This document shows positions 8,122 to 16,166 of a stretch of 32,000 nt of DNA, piece by piece (the stretch's first letter is position 1; every line of letters begins with the position of its first letter). Source of the DNA: Desulfotalea psychrophila LSv54 (lineage in GTDB: Bacteria; Desulfobacterota; Desulfobulbia; Desulfobulbales; Desulfocapsaceae). The notes beneath the pieces are model-generated. The model made no database searches. It saw only the letters and a program-made list of their open reading frames with translations, and was not told the DNA's origin. Location: NCBI RefSeq assembly GCF_000025945.1, contig NC_006138.1:660001-692000 (forward strand). The letters are read 5' to 3'. A program made the position numbers and the translations under genes.

Positions 8122-10050
8122 ATGAGTCGATGGAATATCAGTAATGTTATCTATTATAGCAAACACAACTCAAAAAGAATACTAGAATTCAAGCCAAATA
8201 ATGTAACCATTATAACTGGAGCATCAAACACAGGCAAGTCAGCAATAATAAACTCAATTGATTATTGCTTGGGTTCATCAAAATGCAATGTTGCTTCTTT
8301 TATTTTGGAGCGCACAACCCATATTGCAACGAAATGGACTAATGGTTCGCTTGACTTTTTTGTAGCAAGAGAAATAGGAAAAGAAGGTAGTGTTTCGAAT
8401 AAAATGTATATTGAATATGGATCATCTGTAAATATCCCAGAAACACCATTAAATTTTGCAGGGAAAGGAACAAAGGATGAAGTTAGGCTAATTATTGAAT
8501 CTTTATTTGGAATTTCAGGAGTAAATGATTCAATATTGAAAATCAATAAAAACAGAATTACTCTTAGACAAATAGTTCCTTTTTTATTTCTGGACAAAAG
8601 TGTTATAGATAGTGATAAAATTATTTTCCATGGGCTGGATGACACCCGAAAGGCAAAATATATTATAGATTCATTGCCATATTTTTTAGGCGCACTTGAT
8701 AAAGAAGAGCTAGATGCCATAAGAAAACTAAAAGGATTAGAAAAGGGCGTTGAAAATGAGGATAAAAATGAGAAAAAACATGATTCCCTCCAGCAAGACT
8801 TCATTGAGAGTGCAAAATCTCTATTATTGGAAGCTGTACAGGGTGGCATAATTGAAAACCATAGTTTCCCGAACAACAAAAACAAATTACTTGAGGAATT
8901 GAACAATATACTCCATTGGAAACCTGTAAACATCTTGATAGAAAATCAAGACGTTTTAGATGACTTGGAGCAGAGAAAAGAAATCCTTTTAATCGAAGTA
9001 AATAAATTAAAAAGAAAACTTAAAGCTGCAAAATTTGACGAAAATAACAAGAAAGAATTCCACAACATATTGTCAAGTCAAACTTCAAAATTAAATATTG
9101 GCAAATATTTTGGTGATGACGAACATCGGTGCCCAGTCTGCTCTTCAAAACTAGCATCTTCTTCCCATATTGCAACCCAAATAAAACTATCTTTCGATAA
9201 ATTAAAAAAAGAAAGCTTAGCACTAAAGAATCACCGCCCTAGGTTGGATAAATTTATTCTTGAAATTGAAGACAATACCAACAGAGCCAAAAATGAACTC
9301 GCAATAATCAATAACAATATTTCTAATTTAATCCAGAAATCAAAAGAAGCAGAAAAGCAAAAAGATAAAAACAATAATGGAGATCGTATAATAGGGCGAA
9401 TATCATATTTCCTGGAAAATCAAAATGATTCCAAGAGTTTTAATCCAGAGAAAAAACTTCAATACCTAAATGAAATCGAAGAAATTAACGAAAGATATGG
9501 AAATAGCCAAAGAAAAGAAAAAGTACAAATTGCAGAGCGAGTTATTTCCACAATCGCAACAAAAAATTTAATAGATTTACCCAAGGGGGTACCCTGCATA
9601 AATAGTACTATCAATTTTTTCTCTAAAGAACCAAAGATCATATTGTCTGACAATAATTCTAATATTGATTATCAATTTGCAAATATTGGCTCGGATGAAA
9701 ATTATTTAAGCATACACCTATCTTTTGCATTTGCAATGCAAGAATTTTTTAAAAGTAACAGTAGCCCCGTCCCAGGAGTTTTGATCTTAGATCAAGTTAG
9801 TAGGCCATATTACTCAAATGACAATGATTCAGATGAGCTTGAGATTGATAATGAAAATGATGACAAGAAGGCGCTTGTAAAACATTTTGATTTTATATTT
9901 GATCAAGTAAAAAAACAAAAGGACTTGCAGGTCATTATTTTGGAACATGCTTACTTAAGTAATAGTAAAAAATACACAGATTCCACCAAATATAGATGGC
10001 CTAAAAAAAGTTCTGAAAAGCTTATTCCTTCTCACTGGCCAACAGAATAA
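8122..10050 (+). CDS. SMC/Rad50-like ABC ATPase with long coiled coil and central zinc hook (LmuB/DdmC / DUF3732-like)
   Basis: 643 aa counted from ATG 8122, which has an AGGA RBS at 8109-8112. The track start at 8029 would overlap the previous gene. Walker A GASNTGKS is at 8218-8241. About 300 aa of heptad-like K/E/L/N-rich sequence carry CPVC at 9130-9141 (aa 337-340). Walker B VLILDQ is at 9778-9795, followed by VIILEHA (H-loop-like). Confidence 0.75.
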   Translation: MSRWNISNVIYYSKHNSKRILEFKPNNVTIITGASNTGKSAIINSIDYCLGSSKCNVASFILERTTHIATKWTNGSLDFFVAREIGKEGSVSNKMYIEYGSSVNIPETPLNFAGKGTKDEVRLIIESLFGISGVNDSILKINKNRITLRQIVPFLFLDKSVIDSDKIIFHGLDDTRKAKYIIDSLPYFLGALDKEELDAIRKLKGLEKGVENEDKNEKKHDSLQQDFIESAKSLLLEAVQGGIIENHSFPNNKNKLLEELNNILHWKPVNILIENQDVLDDLEQRKEILLIEVNKLKRKLKAAKFDENNKKEFHNILSSQTSKLNIGKYFGDDEHRCPVCSSKLASSSHIATQIKLSFDKLKKESLALKNHRPRLDKFILEIEDNTNRAKNELAIINNNISNLIQKSKEAEKQKDKNNNGDRIIGRISYFLENQNDSKSFNPEKKLQYLNEIEEINERYGNSQRKEKVQIAERVISTIATKNLIDLPKGVPCINSTINFFSKEPKIILSDNNSNIDYQFANIGSDENYLSIHLSFAFAMQEFFKSNSSPVPGVLILDQVSRPYYSNDNDSDELEIDNENDDKKALVKHFDFIFDQVKKQKDLQVIILEHAYLSNSKKYTDSTKYRWPKKSSEKLIPSHWPTE

Positions 10051-10069
10051 AAGCCCAAAACTTTGATAG

Positions 10070-10091
10070 CAGAACATGCTTCTGTTTTATT
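10070..10091 (+). terminator. Weak candidate intrinsic terminator after the three-gene operon
   Basis: cagaa-catgc-ttctg (5 bp stem) followed by ttttatt, 20 nt after the stop at 10050. Confidence 0.35.
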
Positions 10092-10153
10092 GCAAGTGCT
10101 ACGATCCTAAAAGAAACAGGTCCACTTAAACATAAATTTCAAGAGGTGAATAA

Positions 10154-10336
10154 ATGGATAACGAAATTACTATTCAGTATAATGGCAAGTTCTATTCAGC
10201 AGAATATCTTGTAACAGAGGACATCCTGACGGTCTATTTGCCCGATGGTGGGATCGCAGAGTCTGAGTTAAAAGGGCTTAAAGCAGAGTCAGCCGCAGGT
10301 GTACATATAAAATCATATATAAGACTAAACAGCTAA
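10154..10336 (+). CDS. Small hypothetical protein (60 aa)
   Basis: Strong GAGGTG RBS 6 nt upstream of the ATG. The sequence is protein-like (MDNEITIQYNGKFYSAEYLVTEDILTVYLPDGG..). G+C is intermediate. It sits at the right edge of the island. No family recognised. Confidence 0.4.
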   Translation: MDNEITIQYNGKFYSAEYLVTEDILTVYLPDGGIAESELKGLKAESAAGVHIKSYIRLNS

Positions 10337-10984
10337 CAGGTTGCTGTACGCAGCTAGGGCTACAGCTATTCAGATGGGCCTTCGCCCAAGCCTCCATCCG
10401 CCACCACGGTGCGGGGATGCCTCTTCTGACAGCTGAAAACTGAGGCTTATAGCTTTTTTCTCCCTGACAGCTTACAGCTGAAGACTTACAGCTATTCCCC
10501 ACCATTGATGGGCACACTCCGCTAATCGCTCCACTTCACCATCCTGCCAAGACCGTCGCACCCCCGCCTCCAACCACTCGACAAGAAGAGCATTTCTACC
10601 TGCTCATTGCACAAAAACAGCTTCGATTTCTGCAAGGCTATTACCAACGAAAAAGGAGTGTTTTTAACTCCTCCCTTCGGCGAGGGGAGGTTGGGTGGGG
10701 AGCGACAAATTCTTCTACCAAACCAGCTATTTTGACCTTTCCTCTGCCCTTTTTTTCTGCCGACAGACAACTACATGCACCGCATTGATGGGCACACTCC
10801 GCTAATCGCTCCATTTTGCCCATCCTACATCCTACTTCATGGGCAGGGCGTGCAGATGCCCTTTCTTTTTCTGACAGCTGACAGCTGACAGCTTATGGCT
10901 TTTTTCCTCTGATAGCTGAAGGCTCACAGCTTTTTCCATCCTACTTCATGGGCGGGGTGTGCAGGTGCAGGCGTGGTGCGGGCA
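10337..10984. repeat. About 650 bp non-coding mosaic of direct repeats and low-complexity modules
   Basis: An identical 31-mer cattgatgggcacactccgctaatcgctcca occurs at 10503-10533 and 10783-10813. atcctacttcatgggc.ggg.gtgcag.tgc occurs at 10829-10859 and 10938-10968. ctgacagctga-type tandem words occur at 10426-10500 and 10871-10935. A hairpin plus G-tract lies at 10670-10703. Confidence 0.8.
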
Positions 10985-11020
10985 TAAAAAAAGGGGTCTC
11001 CTTGGCGAGAGACCCCTTTA
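10985..11020 (-). terminator. Rho-independent terminator of the DUF2959 gene (bidirectional shape)
   Basis: aggggtctc (10992-11000) / gagacccct (11009-11017) form a 9 bp stem with a 7-8 nt loop. It is flanked by an A-run on the + strand, which is a U-run on the - strand, 30 nt past the stop at 11048. Confidence 0.8.
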
Positions 11021-11047
11021 AAAAACTGTTATTTGCCCTGCAAAGGC

Positions 11048-11722
11048 CTATAGGGCCATTTTCATGGCCGTGGCAGGGGCTAGGGAAGGGTCTTTGATAA
11101 AGGCGTTGGAGGAGGCTATAGCCTGCTTCATTTGCTTTATGAGGGTGTTGATGTCGGCTTTCAGGCTGCGGAACTCGCCACGGAGGGAGCCGATGGCCTG
11201 GGCATTGAGATTATGCTTGAGGAAGAGGACATTATCCCGGAAGGTCTTGAGGACAGGGTCCATGCTGGCCTCGGCCCGGTGCATGCTCCTGATCATCGTC
11301 TGATACTTGGCCTTGGTGAGTCGTAACTGTCCCTTGCTCTTGTTGCGCAGGCTGGCGCTCTGGTAGAGGGCAAGCTCAGCCTCCCACTCAGCAAAGAGGG
11401 CGTCGGCCACCAACTCCACCCGATCTATGCGGTTGGAGACCGTTTCAGCCGCATCGGAGATGCTCTCATACTCATCGTTCAGGGACTCATAGGCTCGCTT
11501 GAGGTCGGTATCCTCCAATCGCACCACGGAATCAAATTGCTGGAGGGCGGAGGTAAAATCTTCCTGGGCCTCTTCCTGAGATTCCTGAGCCGCCTTGACC
11601 CGATCAACCATAATATCCCGCTTATGATAGCCGACCTTCTCCATGGCCCCGTAGTAGGTGCTGGCACAGGAAGTGAGAGAGAAGAGCATTATTAGCAGAA
11701 GCCCTGTCATATATTTTTCCAT
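11048..11722 (-). CDS. DUF2959 family lipoprotein
   Basis: 224 aa. Lipobox LFSLTSCAS, then YYGAMEKVGYHKRDIMVDRVKAAQESQEEAQEDF.., which matches my recollection of the DUF2959 N-terminal signature. AAGGGG RBS upstream. Confidence 0.8.
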   Translation of the reverse strand: MEKYMTGLLLIMLFSLTSCASTYYGAMEKVGYHKRDIMVDRVKAAQESQEEAQEDFTSALQQFDSVVRLEDTDLKRAYESLNDEYESISDAAETVSNRIDRVELVADALFAEWEAELALYQSASLRNKSKGQLRLTKAKYQTMIRSMHRAEASMDPVLKTFRDNVLFLKHNLNAQAIGSLRGEFRSLKADINTLIKQMKQAIASSNAFIKDPSLAPATAMKMAL

Positions 11723-11830
11723 CGATTACCCCTTAATCTATAAATAAACTCGCCATGGCGAACAAAGAACTGACTAGGAGTATCTTAGCAAAAAAGAAGG
11801 GGAAGGGCTAGAGGGAGAGAAATGGAGATG

Positions 11831-11870
11831 AAACAAAAAAAGCGACCAAGAAGAAATCTTCTTGGTCGCT
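11831..11870 (-). terminator. Rho-independent terminator downstream of tRNA-Gly
   Basis: Perfect 13 bp stem agcgaccaagaag (11841-11853) / cttcttggtcgct (11858-11870) with a 4 nt loop. On the - strand it is followed by TTTTTTGTTT. Confidence 0.85.
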
Positions 11871-11877
11871 TTATATA

Positions 11878-11952
<75 letters not shown>

Positions 11953-12264
11953 ATATATGCGCTCTGTGCCGATGTATATACCAGAGCCCGTCAACAGCGT
12001 CAAGTTTTTTCTGCCATGTTTTTTCTTTTAAAAGCAGCCCCTAACAGGGGCCAGCACCCTTAAATGATGCTATTTTTTTGTTTTTCCGTCCTTTCCGCCC
12101 CACGACGGATTTTATCCTCTGGCAAAAAAAATTATCGCAGCCAAAAAAAATCAGGAGCAGGGGCAACACAGCTAAGAATTATTATTGAAATTATTTAAGC
12201 CACTCCTGTAATATAGGGGAATACGCTATCCCTATTCCCCCACAGACCAGTTCAGGAGAAGAGC

Positions 12265-14616
12265 ATGAACTCTCGTATCGAGCGACTTCGACAAAAAAGT
12301 TTTTCCACCCAAGCAAGCATATCCATCGAACGCGCCCTGCTCGAAACAGAGTTCTATAAGGAGAACAGCGGTAAATACCCCCTGCCCATCCTCCGCGCCC
12401 TCTGCTTTCAACATCTCTGCCAACATAAGACACTCTATATTGGCGACGATGAGCTGATTGTAGGTGAACGCGGGCCCTCGCCCAAGGCCGTACCCACATT
12501 CCCCGAGCTCACCTGCCACAGCGCAGAGGATCTGCATATCCTCAACGATCGCCCCATGACCAACTACCGACTCAGCGATGAGGATATTAACAGGTATGAG
12601 GAGGAGGTCATTCCCTACTGGCAGGGGCGGAGCATGCGGGATCGTATCTTTAAAAATGCGCCTGAAGAGTGGCGACAAGCCTATCAGGCAGGTCTCTTTA
12701 CAGAGTTTATGGAACAGCGTGCCCCGGGCCATACCGCCCTCGATGGCACCATCTACCGAGAGGGGATGCTCGACTTTAAGGCCCGCATTGCCGGACGGAT
12801 AGCAAGACTGGACTTCCTGACCGACCCCAGGGCTGCCGATCAGCGCGAAGAGCTACAGGCCATGGATATCTCCTGTAATGCGGCCATCATCTTTGCCAAA
12901 AGACATGCCGAACTGGCTGAGAGAATGGCAGATAAGGAGGAAGGTGAGCGCCGCCAGGAGTTACTGGAGATTGCCAGGATCTGTCGCTGGGTACCTGCTC
13001 ATGCTCCTCGCACTATGCACGAGGCTATTCAAATGTACTGGTTTGTCCATCTGGGTACCATCACCGAACTCAATGGTTGGGATGCCATGACTCCGGGCCA
13101 TCTTGATCATCACCTCCATCCCTTTTATGAAAATGATTTGGCTAGCGGCATCCTTAACCGAGAGGGAGCCAAAGAACTTATGGCCTGCCTATGGATCAAG
13201 ATCAATAATCACACTGCTCCTCCTAAGGTAGGGGTCACCGCTAAAGAGAGCGGCACCTATAATGATTTCACTCAGATTAACCTGGGAGGCCTGCAGAGAA
13301 ATGGCCAGGATGGCAGCAATGAGATCAGCTATATTGCCCTGGAGGTATCCGATGAGCTCCATCTCCTTCAGCCACAACCCAGCATCCATTTAAGCCAACA
13401 GAGCCCGACCCGTCTTCTTGCCAGTGCCTGCGAGGTTGTACGAAAGGGTTATGGCTACCCTTCATTTTTTAATGCCGACGGAGTAGTTACTCAACTGGTC
13501 CGGGCTGGAAAGAGTCTGGAAGATGCTCGGGAGGGTGGCACCAGTGGTTGCATTGAAACCGGGGCCTTCGGTAAGGAGGCATATATTCTCACTGGCTATC
13601 TCAATGTCCCGAAGATACTAGAGATCACCCTCCATAACGGCATTGATCCACTCAGCGGTATTCGGGTGGGACTAGAGACTGGCGAAGCCAGTTTTTTTCA
13701 AACGTTTTCTGCCCTCTATAAGGCCTTTGAACAACAGCTGAACCATATCATCCAACTGAAGGTGCGGATGAATAACTATATTGAGCGAATGTACGGCAAA
13801 TACTCTCCTGCCCCCTTTCTCTCCGTGGTCATCCACGACTGTATTGAAAAGGGCCGTGACTACTACGATGCCGGCCCCCGCTACAACAGCAACTATATCC
13901 AGTGCTGCGGTATTGGTACCGTCACCGACAGCCTCTCGGCCCTGAAGACCCATGTTTTTGAGGGCGAGCTGAGTATGGAGAAAATGGTAAAAACCCTGGC
14001 CAGCAACTTCCAGGGTGAAGAGGAGTTAAGAGCAGATCTGCTCAATAATACACCATTTTATGGCAATAACGATGATCTGGCCGATGACATCATGCAGAGG
14101 GTTTACCACAGCCTCTTCCAAGGCATTGACGGACAGAAAAACACCAAGGGTGGAGAGTATCATCTCAATATGCTCTCCACCACCTGCCATGTCTACTTTG
14201 GCAAGATGCTAGGGGCAAGTGCCAACGGTCGACTGGCCGGACTGCCCACCTCGGATGGGACATCCCCCTCCCAGGGGGCCGACCTGCAGGGGCCAACGGC
14301 GGTAATCAAATCTCTGGGCAAGATGGACCAGTATAAGTCCGGAGGTACCCTTCTCAATCAACGTTTTCTGCCCGCGGCCCTGAAAGACGAGAGTGACCTG
14401 AAAAACCTCGGACACCTGATCCGCACCTACTTCTCCCTAGGCGGCCACCATATTCAGTTCAATGTGGTGGACTCTAAAACCCTGAAGAAGGCCCAGCAAC
14501 ATCCCGATCAGTATAAAAATCTCCTGGTTCGGGTGGCGGGCTACAGCGACTATTTTGTCGATCTGGATCGGGCTCATCAGGAAGAGATTATCAGTCGTAC
14601 CGGCCACGGTGCCTAG
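12265..14616 (+). CDS. Glycyl radical enzyme, PFL2/glycerol-dehydratase family (trans-4-hydroxy-L-proline dehydratase-like 1,2-eliminase)
   Basis: 783 aa. The glycyl radical motif is LLVRVAGYSDYF (Gly codon 14539-14541). The thiyl loop is GGTSGCIETG (Cys codon 13549-13551, Glu at +2, as in dehydrating GREs). Long blocks such as FTEFMEQRAPGHT, IQMYWFVH and GGTLLNQRF are typical of this family. AGGAG RBS upstream. Confidence 0.88.
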   Translation: MNSRIERLRQKSFSTQASISIERALLETEFYKENSGKYPLPILRALCFQHLCQHKTLYIGDDELIVGERGPSPKAVPTFPELTCHSAEDLHILNDRPMTNYRLSDEDINRYEEEVIPYWQGRSMRDRIFKNAPEEWRQAYQAGLFTEFMEQRAPGHTALDGTIYREGMLDFKARIAGRIARLDFLTDPRAADQREELQAMDISCNAAIIFAKRHAELAERMADKEEGERRQELLEIARICRWVPAHAPRTMHEAIQMYWFVHLGTITELNGWDAMTPGHLDHHLHPFYENDLASGILNREGAKELMACLWIKINNHTAPPKVGVTAKESGTYNDFTQINLGGLQRNGQDGSNEISYIALEVSDELHLLQPQPSIHLSQQSPTRLLASACEVVRKGYGYPSFFNADGVVTQLVRAGKSLEDAREGGTSGCIETGAFGKEAYILTGYLNVPKILEITLHNGIDPLSGIRVGLETGEASFFQTFSALYKAFEQQLNHIIQLKVRMNNYIERMYGKYSPAPFLSVVIHDCIEKGRDYYDAGPRYNSNYIQCCGIGTVTDSLSALKTHVFEGELSMEKMVKTLASNFQGEEELRADLLNNTPFYGNNDDLADDIMQRVYHSLFQGIDGQKNTKGGEYHLNMLSTTCHVYFGKMLGASANGRLAGLPTSDGTSPSQGADLQGPTAVIKSLGKMDQYKSGGTLLNQRFLPAALKDESDLKNLGHLIRTYFSLGGHHIQFNVVDSKTLKKAQQHPDQYKNLLVRVAGYSDYFVDLDRAHQEEIISRTGHGA

Positions 14617-14623
14617 GCCCCAA

Positions 14624-14666
14624 ACAAAAAAATCCCCCTGAAGCCTTGCTTCAGGGGGATTTTTAT
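14624..14666. terminator. Bidirectional rho-independent terminator between convergent GRE and aminotransferase genes
   Basis: 12 bp perfect stem atccccctgaag (14632-14643) / cttcagggggat (14649-14660), with an A-run on the left and a T-run on the right. Confidence 0.85.
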
Positions 14667-14688
14667 CGTTGAGCTTAGGCTCGTCTAC

Positions 14689-15885
14689 CTACGACTTAAG
14701 AGCCTCGGCAATGGCATCACAGACATAGTCTATATTGCTGGCAGTAAGACCAGCAAGATTAATCCGACCACCACCCACCACATAGATACTCTTCTCCTTA
14801 CGAAGCCAGGCAACAATCTCATCGGAGAGACCACTAAAAGAGAACATACCAGACTGCTCGGTAATAAAGCTGAAATCCTGATCAACCCCGCGTGAACTCA
14901 AGCCCTCTACCAGAGCAACGCGCATGGCGATGATGCGCTCGCGCATATCCTGCAGCTCCTGCTGCCAGAGATCATAGAGTTCAGGGTCACTCAAAATAGT
15001 AGCTGCCACCAGGCCACCATGGGCTGGAGGATTAGAGTAGACAACCCGGATGGTCTTCTTCAGATGACTGAGGGCCACAGCCGCACTTGCTTGATTTGCA
15101 GCAACCACGGTAATTGCTCCGGTACGCTCATTATACATACCAAAGTTCTTGGAAAAAGAGCTGGCGACAAAAAAATCAATCCCCGCCTCGGCACAGAGCT
15201 CTATGGCACAGCGATCCTCGGAGGTGCCGACGCCAAAGCCCTGATAGGCAAAGTCAAGAAAGGGAATCCAGTTCCTCTCTTGAGCAATGGCTACAACCTG
15301 ATGCCACTGCTCCAGTGTCAAATCAACACCGGTGGGATTATGACAGCAGGCATGAAGAAGGACAATATCACCCTCAGGTACTGCCCGCAGACTCATCAGC
15401 ATGGCCTGAAAATCAACGCTACGGTGAGTCTCATCATAGTATGGATAGTGAGCAATCTCAAAACCTGTGCTGGAAAAGATACCCGTATGGTTGGCCCAGG
15501 TGGGAGTGCTTACCCATACCTTGGCCTCAGGGAAAAATGTCTTCAACAGCCCCGCCCCCATCCTCAGGGCACCTGTGCCACCGGGGGCATGGGCTGTGAT
15601 CGCCCGTTTTGAGCTGATAACTTCACTCTCTTCACCAAAGAGCAGCTTCTGTACGTTTTCTGTATAGGCGGGGGCACCGGATATAGGCAGATAGACCTTG
15701 CTTTCCTCGGTTTCAATCAACCGAGCTTCAGCATTCTTCACACACTGTAAAATAGGGGTTGCTCCCTGTTCATCCTTATAAATGCCAACGCCAAGATTTA
15801 CCTTTGCAGGATTGGGGTCATTACGAAAGGCCTCGGTAAGACCTAAAATAGAATCCGCTGGTGCTGCCTCAATATTCTGCCACAT
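14689..15885 (-). CDS. aspC: Aspartate/aromatic amino acid aminotransferase (class I, AspC/TyrB type)
   Basis: 398 aa. MWQNIEAAPADSILGLTEAFRNDPNPAKVNLGVGIYKDEQG.. parallels the E. coli AspC N-terminus. The PLP-lysine motif is SFSKNFGMYNERTGA. AGGAG RBS upstream. Confidence 0.88.
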   Translation of the reverse strand: MWQNIEAAPADSILGLTEAFRNDPNPAKVNLGVGIYKDEQGATPILQCVKNAEARLIETEESKVYLPISGAPAYTENVQKLLFGEESEVISSKRAITAHAPGGTGALRMGAGLLKTFFPEAKVWVSTPTWANHTGIFSSTGFEIAHYPYYDETHRSVDFQAMLMSLRAVPEGDIVLLHACCHNPTGVDLTLEQWHQVVAIAQERNWIPFLDFAYQGFGVGTSEDRCAIELCAEAGIDFFVASSFSKNFGMYNERTGAITVVAANQASAAVALSHLKKTIRVVYSNPPAHGGLVAATILSDPELYDLWQQELQDMRERIIAMRVALVEGLSSRGVDQDFSFITEQSGMFSFSGLSDEIVAWLRKEKSIYVVGGGRINLAGLTASNIDYVCDAIAEALKS

Positions 15886-16166
15886 ACTTAACTGTCTCCT
15901 TGATGACTAAAAATTTTGTGAGCCCCGTAAAATACTCCTAGTCTGGGGATGATGTCAAGAACAAGGATTTTTGTTTTTTACAGCACCACTAGCTCGCCAT
16001 TTGCCAACAAGGATAAACTATTTACCACCCAAAAACAACGTGATCAGAAAATACTGACAACAGTTGAAGGTCGGTTTCTCACTGCAGAGACAGCCTACTG
16101 CCTGTTTAAACAGGCACAGTCGGCAATTTCACCCCTGCCACGAATGATTGATTGTCACAAGATCTT

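Noticed and set aside
6409-10050. Alternative readings of the three-gene operon as Wadjet (JetABCD), SbcCD/Rad50-Mre11, Septu or Gabija.
   Set aside because: Wadjet needs four genes, including a Toprim JetD and a larger JetC. SbcCD needs an Mre11-type phosphoesterase, and none is present. Septu, Gabija and PARIS use AAA15/OLD-type ATPases without a roughly 300 aa coiled coil and pair with HNH, helicase or Toprim partners. The Cap4-type nuclease plus small middle gene fits Lamassu/ABC-3C best.
10337-10984. Possible CRISPR array, suggested by the repeated short words (ctgacagctgacagc.., 31-mer repeat).
   Set aside because: There is no regular repeat-spacer periodicity. The repeats differ in length and spacing (280 and about 109 bp), the words are tandem low-complexity, and no cas genes are present.
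12205-12240. Hairpin ggggaata..tattcccc just upstream of the GRE gene, as a possible riboswitch or attenuator.
   Set aside because: It is a single short stem with no recognisable riboswitch consensus and no following U-run. That is insufficient evidence for a regulatory call.
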